In this document: positions 1 through 9,686 of the stretch, piece after piece | How the letters are laid out: every line of letters begins with the position of its first letter | Position numbering within the stretch: the first letter of the stretch is position 1 | NCBI GenBank assembly: GCA_009693305.1 | Contig: SHXN01000001.1 | Location: 1 to 39,861 of the forward strand | From: Limnohabitans sp. | Lineage (GTDB): Bacteria > Pseudomonadota > Gammaproteobacteria > Burkholderiales > Burkholderiaceae_C | DNA: 39,861 nt | Direction of reading: 5' to 3' | Notes under the pieces: model-generated | Databases searched by the model: none | The model's input: the letters and a program-made list of their open reading frames with translations, nothing else | What the model was told of the DNA's origin: nothing | Made by a program: the position numbers and the translations under genes

Positions 1-1497
1 GAAACCTGGGTGCATTGGCAACAGATCAACGAGTGCAAAACGCCTATTGTGCTTATGGGTGATTCAGCGCACACCGCGCATTTTTCAATCGGCAGTGGTA
101 CCAAACTTGCGCTAGAGGACGCGATTGATTTAGCTTATACATTTGCTAAAAACACCGCGCAATCGATTGAAAAAATTTTGCAAAGCTACGAGGATAGACG
201 CAGCGTAGAGGTATTAAAAATTCAAAATGCGGCGCGCAACTCCACCCAATGGTTTGAGCATGTCGATCGCTATTCGCGCATGGATATTGAGCAATTCACT
301 TACTCCATGCTCACGCGCTCTCAGCGCATTAGTCACGAAAATTTGCGTTTGCGTGATGCCAAATGGTTAGAAGGATATGAATCTTGGTTGTCGGGCCATC
401 GTGCATTGGCTCCGATGTTGCTGCCACTCAAGGTTCGCGATCTCATACTTAAAAATCGCATTGTGGTCTCGCCGATGGCGATGTACAGCGCGCAAGACGG
501 CGTGGTGGGTGATTTGCATTTGGTGCATTTGGGTGCGCGCGCCATGGGAGGTGCAGCCTTGGTGATGGTGGAGATGACAGCACCTCATCCGCATGGGCGT
601 ATCACGCCAGGGTGTCCGGGTTTATGGAATGACGAACAACAACTTGCATTTAAACGCATGGTTGATTTTGTTCACACACAACAAGCGCACATGGGCATTC
701 AACTGGGACACAGTGGCCCCAAAGGTTCAACTCAGTTGGGTTGGGAAGCGATGGACGAGCCTTTGCCACACAACAATTGGCCATTGATCGCAGCCAGTGC
801 GATTGCTTGTGGACCTAACAATGCGGTTCCAACTGCCATGACGGTTGCCGACATGCAAAATGTTTTGCGTGAGTTTGTTGATAGCACCCAGCGCGCCCAT
901 CATGCAGGCTTTGATTGGTTGGAGTTGCATTGCGCACACGGTTATTTGTTGTCGAGTTTTATTTGTCCACTCACCAATCATCGAACGGATGATTTTGGCG
1001 GCTCACTCGAAAACCGATGCCGCTTCCCATTAGAAGTGTTACGTGCAATGCGCGCGGTATGGCCTACGCACAAACCCATGAGTGTGCGTATTTCCGCGCA
1101 CGATTGGGCGCCAGGTGGAAACACCGACGACGATGCGGTGGTGATTGCGAGTCTTTTTAAAGAAGCAGGCTGTGATGTGATCGATGTGTCTTCGGGACAA
1201 ACCACACGCCAGGCCAAGCCCGTTTATGGTCGCATGTATCAAACGCCTTTTTCTGATCGCATCCGCAACGAGGTTTTGATTCAAACCATTGCAGTGGGTG
1301 CGATCTCAGACGCTGATCAAGCCAACAGCATCATTGCCGCAGGTCGCGCCGATTTGTGTGCGGTTGCACGTCCTCATTTGGCAGATCCTGCTTGGACTTT
1401 GCATGAGGCGGCTAAGTTGGGTTCGGGAGATGTGGTGTGGCCTTTGCCCTATTTAAGTGGACGCGATCAGTTGTATCGCAATTTATCTCAGCGCTGA
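1..1497 (+). CDS. Bifunctional salicylyl-CoA 5-hydroxylase / anthraniloyl-CoA monooxygenase-reductase (AbmA-like), 5'-truncated by the window edge
   Basis: Frame is open from base 1. The FAD monooxygenase tail motif GDSAHTAHFSIGSGTKLA is fused to an old-yellow-enzyme domain (NRIVVSPMAMY, ELHCAHGYLLSSF, NHRTDDFGGSLENR). Neighbours are a CoA ligase, an ACAD, MarR and RidA. Confidence 0.9.
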   Translation, partial: ETWVHWQQINECKTPIVLMGDSAHTAHFSIGSGTKLALEDAIDLAYTFAKNTAQSIEKILQSYEDRRSVEVLKIQNAARNSTQWFEHVDRYSRMDIEQFTYSMLTRSQRISHENLRLRDAKWLEGYESWLSGHRALAPMLLPLKVRDLILKNRIVVSPMAMYSAQDGVVGDLHLVHLGARAMGGAALVMVEMTAPHPHGRITPGCPGLWNDEQQLAFKRMVDFVHTQQAHMGIQLGHSGPKGSTQLGWEAMDEPLPHNNWPLIAASAIACGPNNAVPTAMTVADMQNVLREFVDSTQRAHHAGFDWLELHCAHGYLLSSFICPLTNHRTDDFGGSLENRCRFPLEVLRAMRAVWPTHKPMSVRISAHDWAPGGNTDDDAVVIASLFKEAGCDVIDVSSGQTTRQAKPVYGRMYQTPFSDRIRNEVLIQTIAVGAISDADQANSIIAAGRADLCAVARPHLADPAWTLHEAAKLGSGDVVWPLPYLSGRDQLYRNLSQR

Positions 1498-1509
1498 AAG
1501 ATTTTTTTC

Positions 1510-1974
1510 ATGGACACGGAAGCACCTGCCAACAGTCAACATCCAGAAGCCTTGCGCTTGTGGTTGCGACTGCTTACCTGTTCGCAATTGATTGAAAAAA
1601 AAGTGCGCTCGCAATTACGCTCGCAATTTGAAACCACCTTACCGCGTTTTGATTTGATGGCGCAACTCGAACGCGAACCGCAAGGAATCAAAATGAACGA
1701 GTTATCCAAGCGCATGATGGTAACTGGTGGCAACATCACTGCCATCACTGATCAGTTGGTGGCCGAGCATTTGGTTGAGCGTGTTGAAGATGTTAAGGAC
1801 CGACGATCGTGGCATATTCAATTGACCCCACGTGGGCGACGTGCTTTTAAATCCATGGCTATGCAACACGAAGTTTGGATCGTCGATTCTTTTGGTGGTT
1901 TAAGCGCACAAGAAATTAAATCTTTGCATCAATTATTAGGCAAAGTTAAAAACCTTAACATGGAGTCATTTTGA
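1510..1974 (+). CDS. MarR-family transcriptional regulator
   Basis: 154 aa winged helix (LRLWLRLL, TLPRFDLMAQL, MMVTGGNIT, DRRS...LTPRG), typical of the regulator in this cluster. Confidence 0.9.
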   Translation: MDTEAPANSQHPEALRLWLRLLTCSQLIEKKVRSQLRSQFETTLPRFDLMAQLEREPQGIKMNELSKRMMVTGGNITAITDQLVAEHLVERVEDVKDRRSWHIQLTPRGRRAFKSMAMQHEVWIVDSFGGLSAQEIKSLHQLLGKVKNLNMESF

Positions 1975-3170
1975 ATACAGTTGTATCAACACCGATTGCT
2001 TTATCGCAATGGAAACTGCCTTTTTTTGACTCACTCCATCACGAGATGGCCACTCAATTGCAACAATGGGTGGCTCAACAAAATGTGTACGCGGCTGACG
2101 ACCGTGTGGCGTGTCGCGATTGGGTCCAGCGTTTGGGTTGCGGTGGTTGGCTTCGCTATTGTGTACCACAATCTCACGGTGGCGCACTCCAACAACTCGA
2201 CTCACGCGCCCTAGTCGTTCTGCGTGAAATACTTTCGTGGCACAGTCCCTTGGCTGATTTTTCTTTTGCAATGCAAGGCCTTGGCAGTGGTGCAATTACA
2301 TTAGCGGGTACGCCTGAGCAGCAATCACACTATTTGCCAGCAGTTGCCAAGGGAGAGAAAATTGCTGCTTTTGCATTAAGCGAAGAAGATGTGGGATCTG
2401 ATGTTGCGGGTATGAAAACAAGTGCAACGCCAAACGCGAAAGGCTTTGTTTTAAATGGTAGCAAAACTTGGATTAGCAACGGAGGCATCGCAGATTTTTA
2501 TGTGGTGTTTGCCAAAACCGATGCATCTGCAGGCTCGCGTGGCATCTCAGCTTTAGTTGCGGATGCACCGACTGCAGGCATGGACGACTCGCAACATCTA
2601 ACGGTGATGTCACCACATCCTTTGTCACAACTACACTTTAACAATTGTCAGTTAGCGTCAAGTGCAATGTTGGTGGAATTGCACGGCGGTTTTAAATTGG
2701 CCATCCGCACTTTAGATATTTTTAAAGCATCGGTTGCAGCGGCTGCAATTGGCATGGCGCGACGTGCTTTGCATGAGGCTTGCACTTATGCTCAAAAGCG
2801 CCACATGTTTGGTCAGACATTAGCTGATTTTCAAATGACACAAGCCAAGCTGGGTGAAATGGCCTCATTTATCGATGCAAGCGCATTGCTCACCTACCGT
2901 GCGGCATGGATGAGAGACTCAATGGGGTCTGATAGCGCAAAGGCGGGTGCTTATACGCAAGCCGCGGCGATGGCCAAACTCAGTGCAACAGAAAATGCAC
3001 AGCGGGTAATTGACATGGCGCTTCAAATGCATGGTGGTCAAGGCGTTTTGGTTGGCAACAAAATTGAAGCCTTGTATCGTGATATTAGTGCACTGAGAAT
3101 TTATGACGGTGCAAGCGAAGTTCAACAACTTATTGTCGGCAAATCTGTTTTAAAAGGAATGCGCATATGA
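1971..3170 (+). CDS. Acyl-CoA dehydrogenase family protein, possibly impaired (IYDG instead of IYEG)
   Basis: Motifs AAFALSE..GSD, LNGSKTWISNG, AAMAKL, LQMHGG. TTG start overlaps the MarR stop. Confidence 0.88.
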   Translation: MNTVVSTPIALSQWKLPFFDSLHHEMATQLQQWVAQQNVYAADDRVACRDWVQRLGCGGWLRYCVPQSHGGALQQLDSRALVVLREILSWHSPLADFSFAMQGLGSGAITLAGTPEQQSHYLPAVAKGEKIAAFALSEEDVGSDVAGMKTSATPNAKGFVLNGSKTWISNGGIADFYVVFAKTDASAGSRGISALVADAPTAGMDDSQHLTVMSPHPLSQLHFNNCQLASSAMLVELHGGFKLAIRTLDIFKASVAAAAIGMARRALHEACTYAQKRHMFGQTLADFQMTQAKLGEMASFIDASALLTYRAAWMRDSMGSDSAKAGAYTQAAAMAKLSATENAQRVIDMALQMHGGQGVLVGNKIEALYRDISALRIYDGASEVQQLIVGKSVLKGMRI

Positions 3171-4774
3171 TTCAAGTCGATCCATTTGTTCGTCAACAAC
3201 TACCCTCTACTTCTGCATGGCCTGTGCTGGATTTTCAATTTCCAGAAATGCAAACGCCGTCCACTTGCAATTTGGTAGATTTGCTGTTTGATCGAGCAAT
3301 GGGTATGGCTGGAGAAAATCATGTGTTCTTGCGCTCACCCTCGCGCACACTGACCTACGGACAAGCACGCGTGCGCGTGAATCAAATTTCACACGTGTTG
3401 GTCAATCAATTTCAATTGGTTTCTGGTAATCGTGTTTTATTGCGTGGTCTTAATTCAATTGACATGGCATTGTCTTGGCTTGCCATTGTCAAGTCGGGCA
3501 TGATTGCCGTCGGCACCATGCCACTGCTTCGTGCCAAAGAGTTAGGCGACATCATCGCCAAAGCCAAGCCCCAATTCGCACTGTGTCAAGAATCATTGCT
3601 GAGTGAATTGCACACCGCTCATGTACAAACGCCTGTGATGCGTGGCGTGATCCCTTTTGATTCGTCTAGTCGTGGCTCATCGCTCAACAAACTTGCCAAC
3701 GACCAATCAACACAGTTTGATTCATGTGCGCTATCTGGCGACGCGATTGCGATGCTTGCTTTTACTTCGGGTACCACGGGTCTGCCTAAAGCCGCTGCTC
3801 ATTCTTATCGTGATATTTGGAGTTCTTGTTGGGCATGGCCACATCATGTGTTGTGTGCCAATGCCAATGACGTAGTGATGGGCTCTCCTCCGCTTGCATT
3901 TACATTTGGATTGGGTGGCTTGCTTATTTATCCCATGTTTGAAGCGTGTAGTGTTTATTTTCCCGACCAAGCCTACACGCCCGAGAAGATGATTGAACTC
4001 ATGAAACAAGTGGGTTGCACAATTTGTTATACAGCGCCAACTTTTTATCGGCAAATGGCAAATTTTATTCAACCGGGCTTGGTGCCATCACTGCGCATCT
4101 GCGTAAGCGCTGGCGAAGGCTTACCTGTTGCAACGCGTGAGTTGTGGCACAAGGCCAGTGGTGTTGACATTATGGATGGCATCGGCGCGACTGAGATGTT
4201 TCATATTTTTATTTCTTCACCACCCGGTCAACTCAAACCAGGCGCAATCGGAAAAGTGGTTCCTAGTTATGTTGCAAAAATCGTTGACGATGAAGGCAAA
4301 GAAGTTGCCAATGGTGTTGTTGGCCAACTGGTGGTTAGAGGTCCAACAGGTTGCAAATATTTAAGTGATGACAGACAAGCCAAATATGTGCGCGATGGTT
4401 GGAATTATCCAGGCGACGCATTTATGCAAGACGACGATGGTTATTTTTATTTTCAATCTCGCGCTGACGATATGATCATCACATCAGGTTACAACGTTGG
4501 GGGACCAGAAGTTGAAGACGCTTTATTAAAACATCCTGCAGTTTCTGAATGCGCAGTGATTGGCAAACCCGACGTTGAGCGTGGCATGATCATCAAAGCC
4601 TTTTGTGTATTGCGCTCCTCTTACGCGCCATCTGCAAATATGGTTGAACACTTGCAAGACCATGTGAAAGCCTTGCTGGCACCTTATAAATATCCACGCG
4701 AAATTGATTTTGTTACCAGTTTACCGCGCACAGAAACGGGTAAATTGCAACGTTTCAAATTACGTCAATTTTAA
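3167..4774 (+). CDS. 2-aminobenzoate/benzoate-type aryl-CoA ligase (AbmG-like)
   Basis: AMP-binding motifs FTSGTTGLPK, DGIGATEMFHIF, GD..., RADDMI, LPRTETGKLQRF. ATGA overlap with the ACAD gene. Confidence 0.88.
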   Translation: MIQVDPFVRQQLPSTSAWPVLDFQFPEMQTPSTCNLVDLLFDRAMGMAGENHVFLRSPSRTLTYGQARVRVNQISHVLVNQFQLVSGNRVLLRGLNSIDMALSWLAIVKSGMIAVGTMPLLRAKELGDIIAKAKPQFALCQESLLSELHTAHVQTPVMRGVIPFDSSSRGSSLNKLANDQSTQFDSCALSGDAIAMLAFTSGTTGLPKAAAHSYRDIWSSCWAWPHHVLCANANDVVMGSPPLAFTFGLGGLLIYPMFEACSVYFPDQAYTPEKMIELMKQVGCTICYTAPTFYRQMANFIQPGLVPSLRICVSAGEGLPVATRELWHKASGVDIMDGIGATEMFHIFISSPPGQLKPGAIGKVVPSYVAKIVDDEGKEVANGVVGQLVVRGPTGCKYLSDDRQAKYVRDGWNYPGDAFMQDDDGYFYFQSRADDMIITSGYNVGGPEVEDALLKHPAVSECAVIGKPDVERGMIIKAFCVLRSSYAPSANMVEHLQDHVKALLAPYKYPREIDFVTSLPRTETGKLQRFKLRQF

Positions 4775-4795
4775 TTTTTTGCAGAAAGTTTTTTT

Positions 4796-5191
4796 ATGCG
4801 CGAATTTTTACAACCGTTCGATTGGTTGCCACCTAAAGGCTATGCCAATGGTGTGATGACACGTGGTACACAAATTTATGTGGGTGGACAAATCGGATGG
4901 AATGCGCAACAACAATTTGAAAGCGATGATTTTATTTTGCAAACAAAGCAAGCGCTACACAATATTTTAGCAGTTTTACAAGCGGCAGGGGCAGGACCTC
5001 AACACATGGTGCGCATGACTTGGTATGTTACCAATCGTGATTTGTATACGTCTAATCTTTCCAAGATTGGTGCAGTCTACCGAGAGGTGATGGGTAAAAA
5101 TTTTCCAGCGATGAGTTGCGTGTTTGTTTCTGCTTTGGTGGAAGAGCGTGCGCTGGTTGAAATTGAAGTGACTGCTGTTGTATCCGATTAA
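4796..5191 (+). CDS. RidA/YjgF family protein
   Basis: 131 aa with PPKGYANG, GGQIGW, FPAMS and LVEIEVTAV. Confidence 0.9.
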   Translation: MREFLQPFDWLPPKGYANGVMTRGTQIYVGGQIGWNAQQQFESDDFILQTKQALHNILAVLQAAGAGPQHMVRMTWYVTNRDLYTSNLSKIGAVYREVMGKNFPAMSCVFVSALVEERALVEIEVTAVVSD

Positions 5192-5195
5192 TTTT

Positions 5196-6035
5196 TTATC
5201 CTAAGTAACGCTTTACGGTTTCATTAAATTCTTGCGCGCTTTCGTATTGAACCCAATGTCCTGCATGTTTGATAATCGTATTGCTTTTTAAATCGCAGTC
5301 TTTTAATCGATCTGCTGCTTGATCAAGCATGTCTTTATAATAAGCGTCGTGCTCACCCCATATGGCATGTACGGGGCAAGTCCAAAGCTTTTGTAATTCA
5401 CGCACAATTTCTGTTTTGGCTATTCTTCTTTTTTTAAGTCGGTCACGCAAGATGTTGTCGTCTTGAATTTGCAATGTTTCTTCGTCAATGCTGTGTTCGC
5501 TGTGAAGCATCAGAACCAATAAGTTATTTTGATGAACGGCAAAGCGTTCTTGCTTTGTGATGCTGGTGTTGACGCTCTTAATCACCAGTCTATTTTTATT
5601 CATACCCAAACCGGGCACACCGACCAAAACTAATTGTTGAATGATGTGCGGGTGATGCGCGGCGATATATGACGCAAGCAATCCTCCAAAAGAAAATCCC
5701 ATCACGTCGACCGATTGCAAGGGGTGTAACTCTGCGATCGATTGACTCACACTTGAAAAAATATCGTCAACGTCTTTGGCTTCGGGTGGCACTTGTGAAT
5801 CGCCAAAGCCTGGCAAGTCGACGGCCCATACGGCGCGGTCTTGACTGAGTGGCAACACATTGCGAACCCAATGCGTCCAACTGCCACTGCCTCCGTGCAA
5901 AAGTATCAAAGGTCGCTTGGCTTGTTCATTCCAAACATGCCAGATTTGTTTACCTGTTGATGTATTGAACTCAATGCGAGTTGCCAATGCTTGTGCTTGT
6001 TGAAAGTGTTTGTCGGGTACTGCGTTGTTGTTCAT
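5196..6035 (-). CDS. Alpha/beta-fold hydrolase
   Basis: LLHGGSGSW oxyanion motif, DLPGFGDS, nucleophile GFSFGG, WGEHD acid and AGHW histidine. ATG at 6035 chosen because the longer ORF call starts inside the tRNA terminator. Confidence 0.85.
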   Translation of the reverse strand: MNNNAVPDKHFQQAQALATRIEFNTSTGKQIWHVWNEQAKRPLILLHGGSGSWTHWVRNVLPLSQDRAVWAVDLPGFGDSQVPPEAKDVDDIFSSVSQSIAELHPLQSVDVMGFSFGGLLASYIAAHHPHIIQQLVLVGVPGLGMNKNRLVIKSVNTSITKQERFAVHQNNLLVLMLHSEHSIDEETLQIQDDNILRDRLKKRRIAKTEIVRELQKLWTCPVHAIWGEHDAYYKDMLDQAADRLKDCDLKSNTIIKHAGHWVQYESAQEFNETVKRYLG

Positions 6036-6050
6036 GGTTGGCCTTCCATG

Positions 6051-6080
6051 CAAAACGCCCACGGATAAGGTGGGCGTTTG
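6051..6080 (-). terminator. Intrinsic terminator after tRNA-fMet
   Basis: Minus strand AAACGCCCAC-CTTATCC-GTGGGCGTTT(T): 10-bp stem ending in a short T run, a few nt after the CCA. Confidence 0.7.
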
Positions 6081-6084
6081 GTAT

Positions 6085-6161
<77 letters not shown>

Positions 6162-6180
6162 TCAGAATCTCTATTGTAAC

Positions 6181-6576
6181 TTACTCAGCTGTTCCTGTGG
6201 GAGTTTCTTCGGTGATTTCAGGACGATCAACCAATTCAACCAAAGCCATTGGCGCATTGTCACCCACACGGAAACCCGTTTTGAGAATGCGTGTGTAACC
6301 ACCAGGACGTGTTTTGTAACGAGGTCCAATTTCTGCAAACAACTTAACAACCATATCGCGATCACGCAAACGATTAAAAGCTAAACGTTTGTTAGCCATT
6401 GTAGGTTCTTTAGACAAAGTGATCATGGGTTCAACCACACGACGCAATTCTTTGGCTTTGGGTAAAGTTGTTTTGATGACTTCATGCAATATGAGCGAGT
6501 TCATCATGTTGCGCAACATAGCGAGTCTGTGCTCACTGGTGCGATTGAGTTTTCTAAGTCCGTGTCCGTGGCGCAT
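6181..6576 (-). CDS. rplQ: 50S ribosomal protein L17
   Basis: [20 protein letters not shown]...[10 protein letters not shown]; follows rpoA. Confidence 0.99.
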   Translation of the reverse strand: MRHGHGLRKLNRTSEHRLAMLRNMMNSLILHEVIKTTLPKAKELRRVVEPMITLSKEPTMANKRLAFNRLRDRDMVVKLFAEIGPRYKTRPGGYTRILKTGFRVGDNAPMALVELVDRPEITEETPTGTAE

Positions 6577-6608
6577 GATAATTTCCTTTGAGTGCCTTAA
6601 TTGTTTTG

Positions 6609-6634
6609 CCGGCCGCCGTATCGGGTACGGCCAG
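6609..6634 (-). promoter_or_regulatory. Hairpin in the rplQ leader, resembling the L17-Actino-Proteobacteria r-leader candidate
   Basis: CTGGCCG-TACCCGATACGG-CGGCCGG stem-loop about 30 nt upstream of the rplQ start. Similarity to the GGUACCUGAUACGG-type leader is from memory. Confidence 0.45.
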
Positions 6635-6654
6635 GGGACGAGTGTCTGTGTTGT

Positions 6655-7647
6655 TTAAAAGCGACGATCATAACCTGCTGGTGGCCAGCTTTCCAGCTTT
6701 ATACCCAGGGTCAGGCCACGCGAGGCCAACACTTCTTTGATTTCATTGAGTGACTTGCGACCCAAGTTAGGGGTCTTGAGCAACTCATTTTCGGAGCGTT
6801 GAATCAGGTCACCGATGTAGTAAATGTTTTCTGCTTTGAGGCAGTTGGCAGAACGAACGGTGAGCTCCAACTCATCGACAGGGCGCAACAAGATGGGATC
6901 AAATTGTTGCGAACTGCGTGGTGAGGGTGAATCGAATGCGGCCAATTCTCCACCTTCGAGTTGTGCAAACACGGCCAATTGTTCAACCAAAATTTTGGAT
7001 GCGGCACGCACGGCGTCTTCTGCAGTAATGGCGCCATTGGTTTCGATTTCAATGACCAAACGATCAAGATCGGTGCGTTGTTCAACGCGTGCGTTTTCGA
7101 CGCTGTAATTCACACGCTTAACGGGAGAGAAAGACGCGTCTAATACGATACGGCCAATTAATTTGTTGGGCTCATCGCCATAGCGACGAACCGTACCAGG
7201 CACATAGCCACGACCTTTTTCAACTTTGAATTGAATATCTATTTTGCCGCCCTGTGAAAGGGTTGCAATCATATGGTCGGGGTTGATGATTTCAACATCG
7301 TGTGGCGTTTGAATATCAGCAGCAGTGACGCTGCCTTCGCCATCTTTGCGCAAGCTCAAAGTGACTTCATCACGGTTGTGTAATTTGAAAACCACACCTT
7401 TGAGGTTTAATAAAATATTGACCACGTCTTCTTGCACGCCATCGATCGATGAGTATTCGTGCAATACACCTGCAATGGTGACTTCGGTGATGGCGTATCC
7501 CAACATGGAAGACAACAAGACGCGACGCAAGGCGTTGCCCAGCGTATGACCATAGCCACGCTCAAAAGGTTCGAGCACAACCTTGGCGCGGTTGACTCCG
7601 AGTTGTTCAACGTTAATATTTTTTGGTTTTAGCAGATTCGTTTGCAT
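6655..7647 (-). CDS. rpoA: RNA polymerase alpha subunit
   Basis: [18 protein letters not shown] and alpha-[17 protein letters not shown]...PNLGRKSL. Confidence 0.99.
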   Translation of the reverse strand: MQTNLLKPKNINVEQLGVNRAKVVLEPFERGYGHTLGNALRRVLLSSMLGYAITEVTIAGVLHEYSSIDGVQEDVVNILLNLKGVVFKLHNRDEVTLSLRKDGEGSVTAADIQTPHDVEIINPDHMIATLSQGGKIDIQFKVEKGRGYVPGTVRRYGDEPNKLIGRIVLDASFSPVKRVNYSVENARVEQRTDLDRLVIEIETNGAITAEDAVRAASKILVEQLAVFAQLEGGELAAFDSPSPRSSQQFDPILLRPVDELELTVRSANCLKAENIYYIGDLIQRSENELLKTPNLGRKSLNEIKEVLASRGLTLGIKLESWPPAGYDRRF

Positions 7648-7755
7648 TTGAAGTTCCTCTCAATACCCTCGGCTCGTTACACCGTTAAGGCTGAATTTTT
7701 TTGCACCTGCAGATAACAACATCCGCAGGACCTCAGGTCAATCAAATGACCCGCA

Positions 7756-8379
7756 TCAACGTGAATACAATTCGACGATGAGTGATTCGTTAATGTCTGC
7801 GGCGAATTCGTCGCGATCGGGAGACTTTTTAAAGACGCCTTCTGCTTTGTCGACGTTAACTTCTACCCATGTTGGCAAACCCACTTGCGTTGAAAGTTGC
7901 AATGCTTCGATAACACGACCTTGATTTTTTGATTTTTCACGTACGGAAATAATGTCGCCCGCTTTAGCCAAGTAAGACGGGATATTGACTGATTGACCGT
8001 TGACCGTGATGGCCTTGTGTGAAACCAACTGACGCGCTTCTGCGCGTGTGGATCCAAAACCCATGCGATAAACCACATTGTCTAAACGTGATTCGAGCAA
8101 CAACAACAAGTTTGAACCTGTGTTGCCCTTTTGACGATCAGCCATGGCAAAGTAACGTCTGAATTGACGCTCTAAAACGCCATACATGCGTTTAACCTTT
8201 TGCTTTTCACGCAATTGCAAACCGAAGTCAGATGTACGCTGACCCGATGTGCGACCGTGTTGGCCAGGCTTACTGTCAAATTTTGCTTTATCGCTGATGG
8301 AGCGACGTGCGCTCTTCAGGAAAAGATCGGTGCCTTCTCGGCGTGAGAGTTTGGCCTTGGGACCTAAATAACGTGCCAC
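7756..8379 (-). CDS. rpsD: 30S ribosomal protein S4
   Basis: GTG start; [36 protein letters not shown]. Confidence 0.99.
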   Translation of the reverse strand: MARYLGPKAKLSRREGTDLFLKSARRSISDKAKFDSKPGQHGRTSGQRTSDFGLQLREKQKVKRMYGVLERQFRRYFAMADRQKGNTGSNLLLLLESRLDNVVYRMGFGSTRAEARQLVSHKAITVNGQSVNIPSYLAKAGDIISVREKSKNQGRVIEALQLSTQVGLPTWVEVNVDKAEGVFKKSPDRDEFAADINESLIVELYSR

Positions 8380-8462
8380 TTGCGCTTCCTTTTTGTCATC
8401 TGCCCATAACGAGTATGGGGAGCTGTCGGTGTGTCACCAACAGCGGTGGGCTTGTTGAAAAA

Positions 8463-8867
8463 TTAAATACGGCGACGCTTTTGAGGGCGGCATCCGTTGT
8501 GCGGAACGGGAGTCACATCTGCAATCGAAGTGATGCGAATACCCAATGCGCCTAATGCACGCACAGAAGATTCGCGACCAGGACCAGGTCCTTTGATTTC
8601 GACATCCAGATTCTTGATACCTTGCTCCATGGCGGTGCGTCCTGCAACTTCTGATGCAACCTGTGCAGCAAAAGGTGTGGATTTACGCGAGCCTTTGAAG
8701 CCTTGACCACCTGAAGAAGCCCATGACAATGCATTGCCTTGGCGATCGGTGATGGTAATGATGGTGTTGTTAAACGATGCATGAACGTGCGCAATGCCGT
8801 CAGCAACATTTTTGCGAACTTTTTTGCGTACGCGTTGTGCGGCGCTATTGGTAGGTGCTTTTGCCAT
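8463..8867 (-). CDS. rpsK: 30S ribosomal protein S11
   Basis: [38 protein letters not shown]. Confidence 0.99.
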   Translation of the reverse strand: MAKAPTNSAAQRVRKKVRKNVADGIAHVHASFNNTIITITDRQGNALSWASSGGQGFKGSRKSTPFAAQVASEVAGRTAMEQGIKNLDVEIKGPGPGRESSVRALGALGIRITSIADVTPVPHNGCRPQKRRRI

Positions 8868-8880
8868 GTGTGTGCCTCAA

Positions 8881-9246
8881 TTATTTTTTCAATGCTGCAG
8901 CGGCCTTGCGCGGACCTTTGCGGGTACGTGCATTGGTGCGTGTGCGCTGACCGCGCATGGGCAAACCACGGCGATGACGAAAACCGCGGTAGCAACCAAT
9001 ATCCATCAAACGTTTGATGTTCATGGTTGTTTCACGACGAAGGTCACCCTCTGTGGTGTACAAACCAATTTGCTCGCGAATTTTTTCAAGATCAGCGTCT
9101 GTCAAATCTTTGATTTTTTTGGAATAAGCGATGCCGCATGCTTCGCAAATTTTTCGGGCGCGTGGGCGTCCGATGCCAAAGATGGCGGTGAGTCCGATCT
9201 CTGCATGCTTATGCGGCGGAATGTTGATACCGGCGATACGTGCCAT
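8881..9246 (-). CDS. rpsM: 30S ribosomal protein S13
   Basis: [10 protein letters not shown]...[19 protein letters not shown]. Confidence 0.99.
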   Translation of the reverse strand: MARIAGINIPPHKHAEIGLTAIFGIGRPRARKICEACGIAYSKKIKDLTDADLEKIREQIGLYTTEGDLRRETTMNIKRLMDIGCYRGFRHRRGLPMRGQRTRTNARTRKGPRKAAAALKK

Positions 9247-9277
9247 GTGATTCCTCTTTGATACTTACTGTTAAAGA

Positions 9278-9391
9278 TTAGCCTTGACGCTGCTTGTGAC
9301 GTGGATCTGTGCAAATGACACGAACCACACCCTTGCGACGGATGATCTTGCAGTTGCGGCAAATTTTTTTAACCGAAGCCGAAACTTTCAT
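9278..9391 (-). CDS. rpmJ: 50S ribosomal protein L36 (Zn-ribbon type), not in the ORF track
   Basis: Translated by hand: [37 protein letters not shown], 37 aa, with AGGAG SD upstream. Confidence 0.98.
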   Translation of the reverse strand: MKVSASVKKICRNCKIIRRKGVVRVICTDPRHKQRQG

Positions 9392-9461
9392 TTCATTCTC
9401 CTAAAACCCTTTGAAATTTGCTTTGCAAATTTCTTTTTTCTTTCACACGATGTAACGAGCA

Positions 9462-9680
9462 TTACTTTGCTCGGAACACAATCCTTGCCCTCGTCAAATC
9501 GTAGGGCGTTAACTCAACCGTGACCTTATCTCCTGGGAATATACGTATGTAGTGCATGCGCATCTTTCCTGAGATATGACCGAGGACCAGATGACCGTTT
9601 TCTAATTTAACTCGGAAAGTTGCCTTGGGAAGATTTTCAACAATCTCACCCTGCATCTGAATCACGTCATCCTTAGCCCC
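9462..9680 (-). CDS. infA: Translation initiation factor IF-1; the canonical start position reads GGG (possible pseudogene, or start at GTG 9665)
   Basis: GGG-GCT-AAG-GAT-GAC-GTG-ATT-CAG-ATG gives [12 protein letters not shown]...[28 protein letters not shown]. 72 codons is the standard IF-1 length. Confidence 0.9.
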   Translation of the reverse strand, partial: GAKDDVIQMQGEIVENLPKATFRVKLENGHLVLGHISGKMRMHYIRIFPGDKVTVELTPYDLTRARIVFRAK

Positions 9681-9686
9681 GACTAC

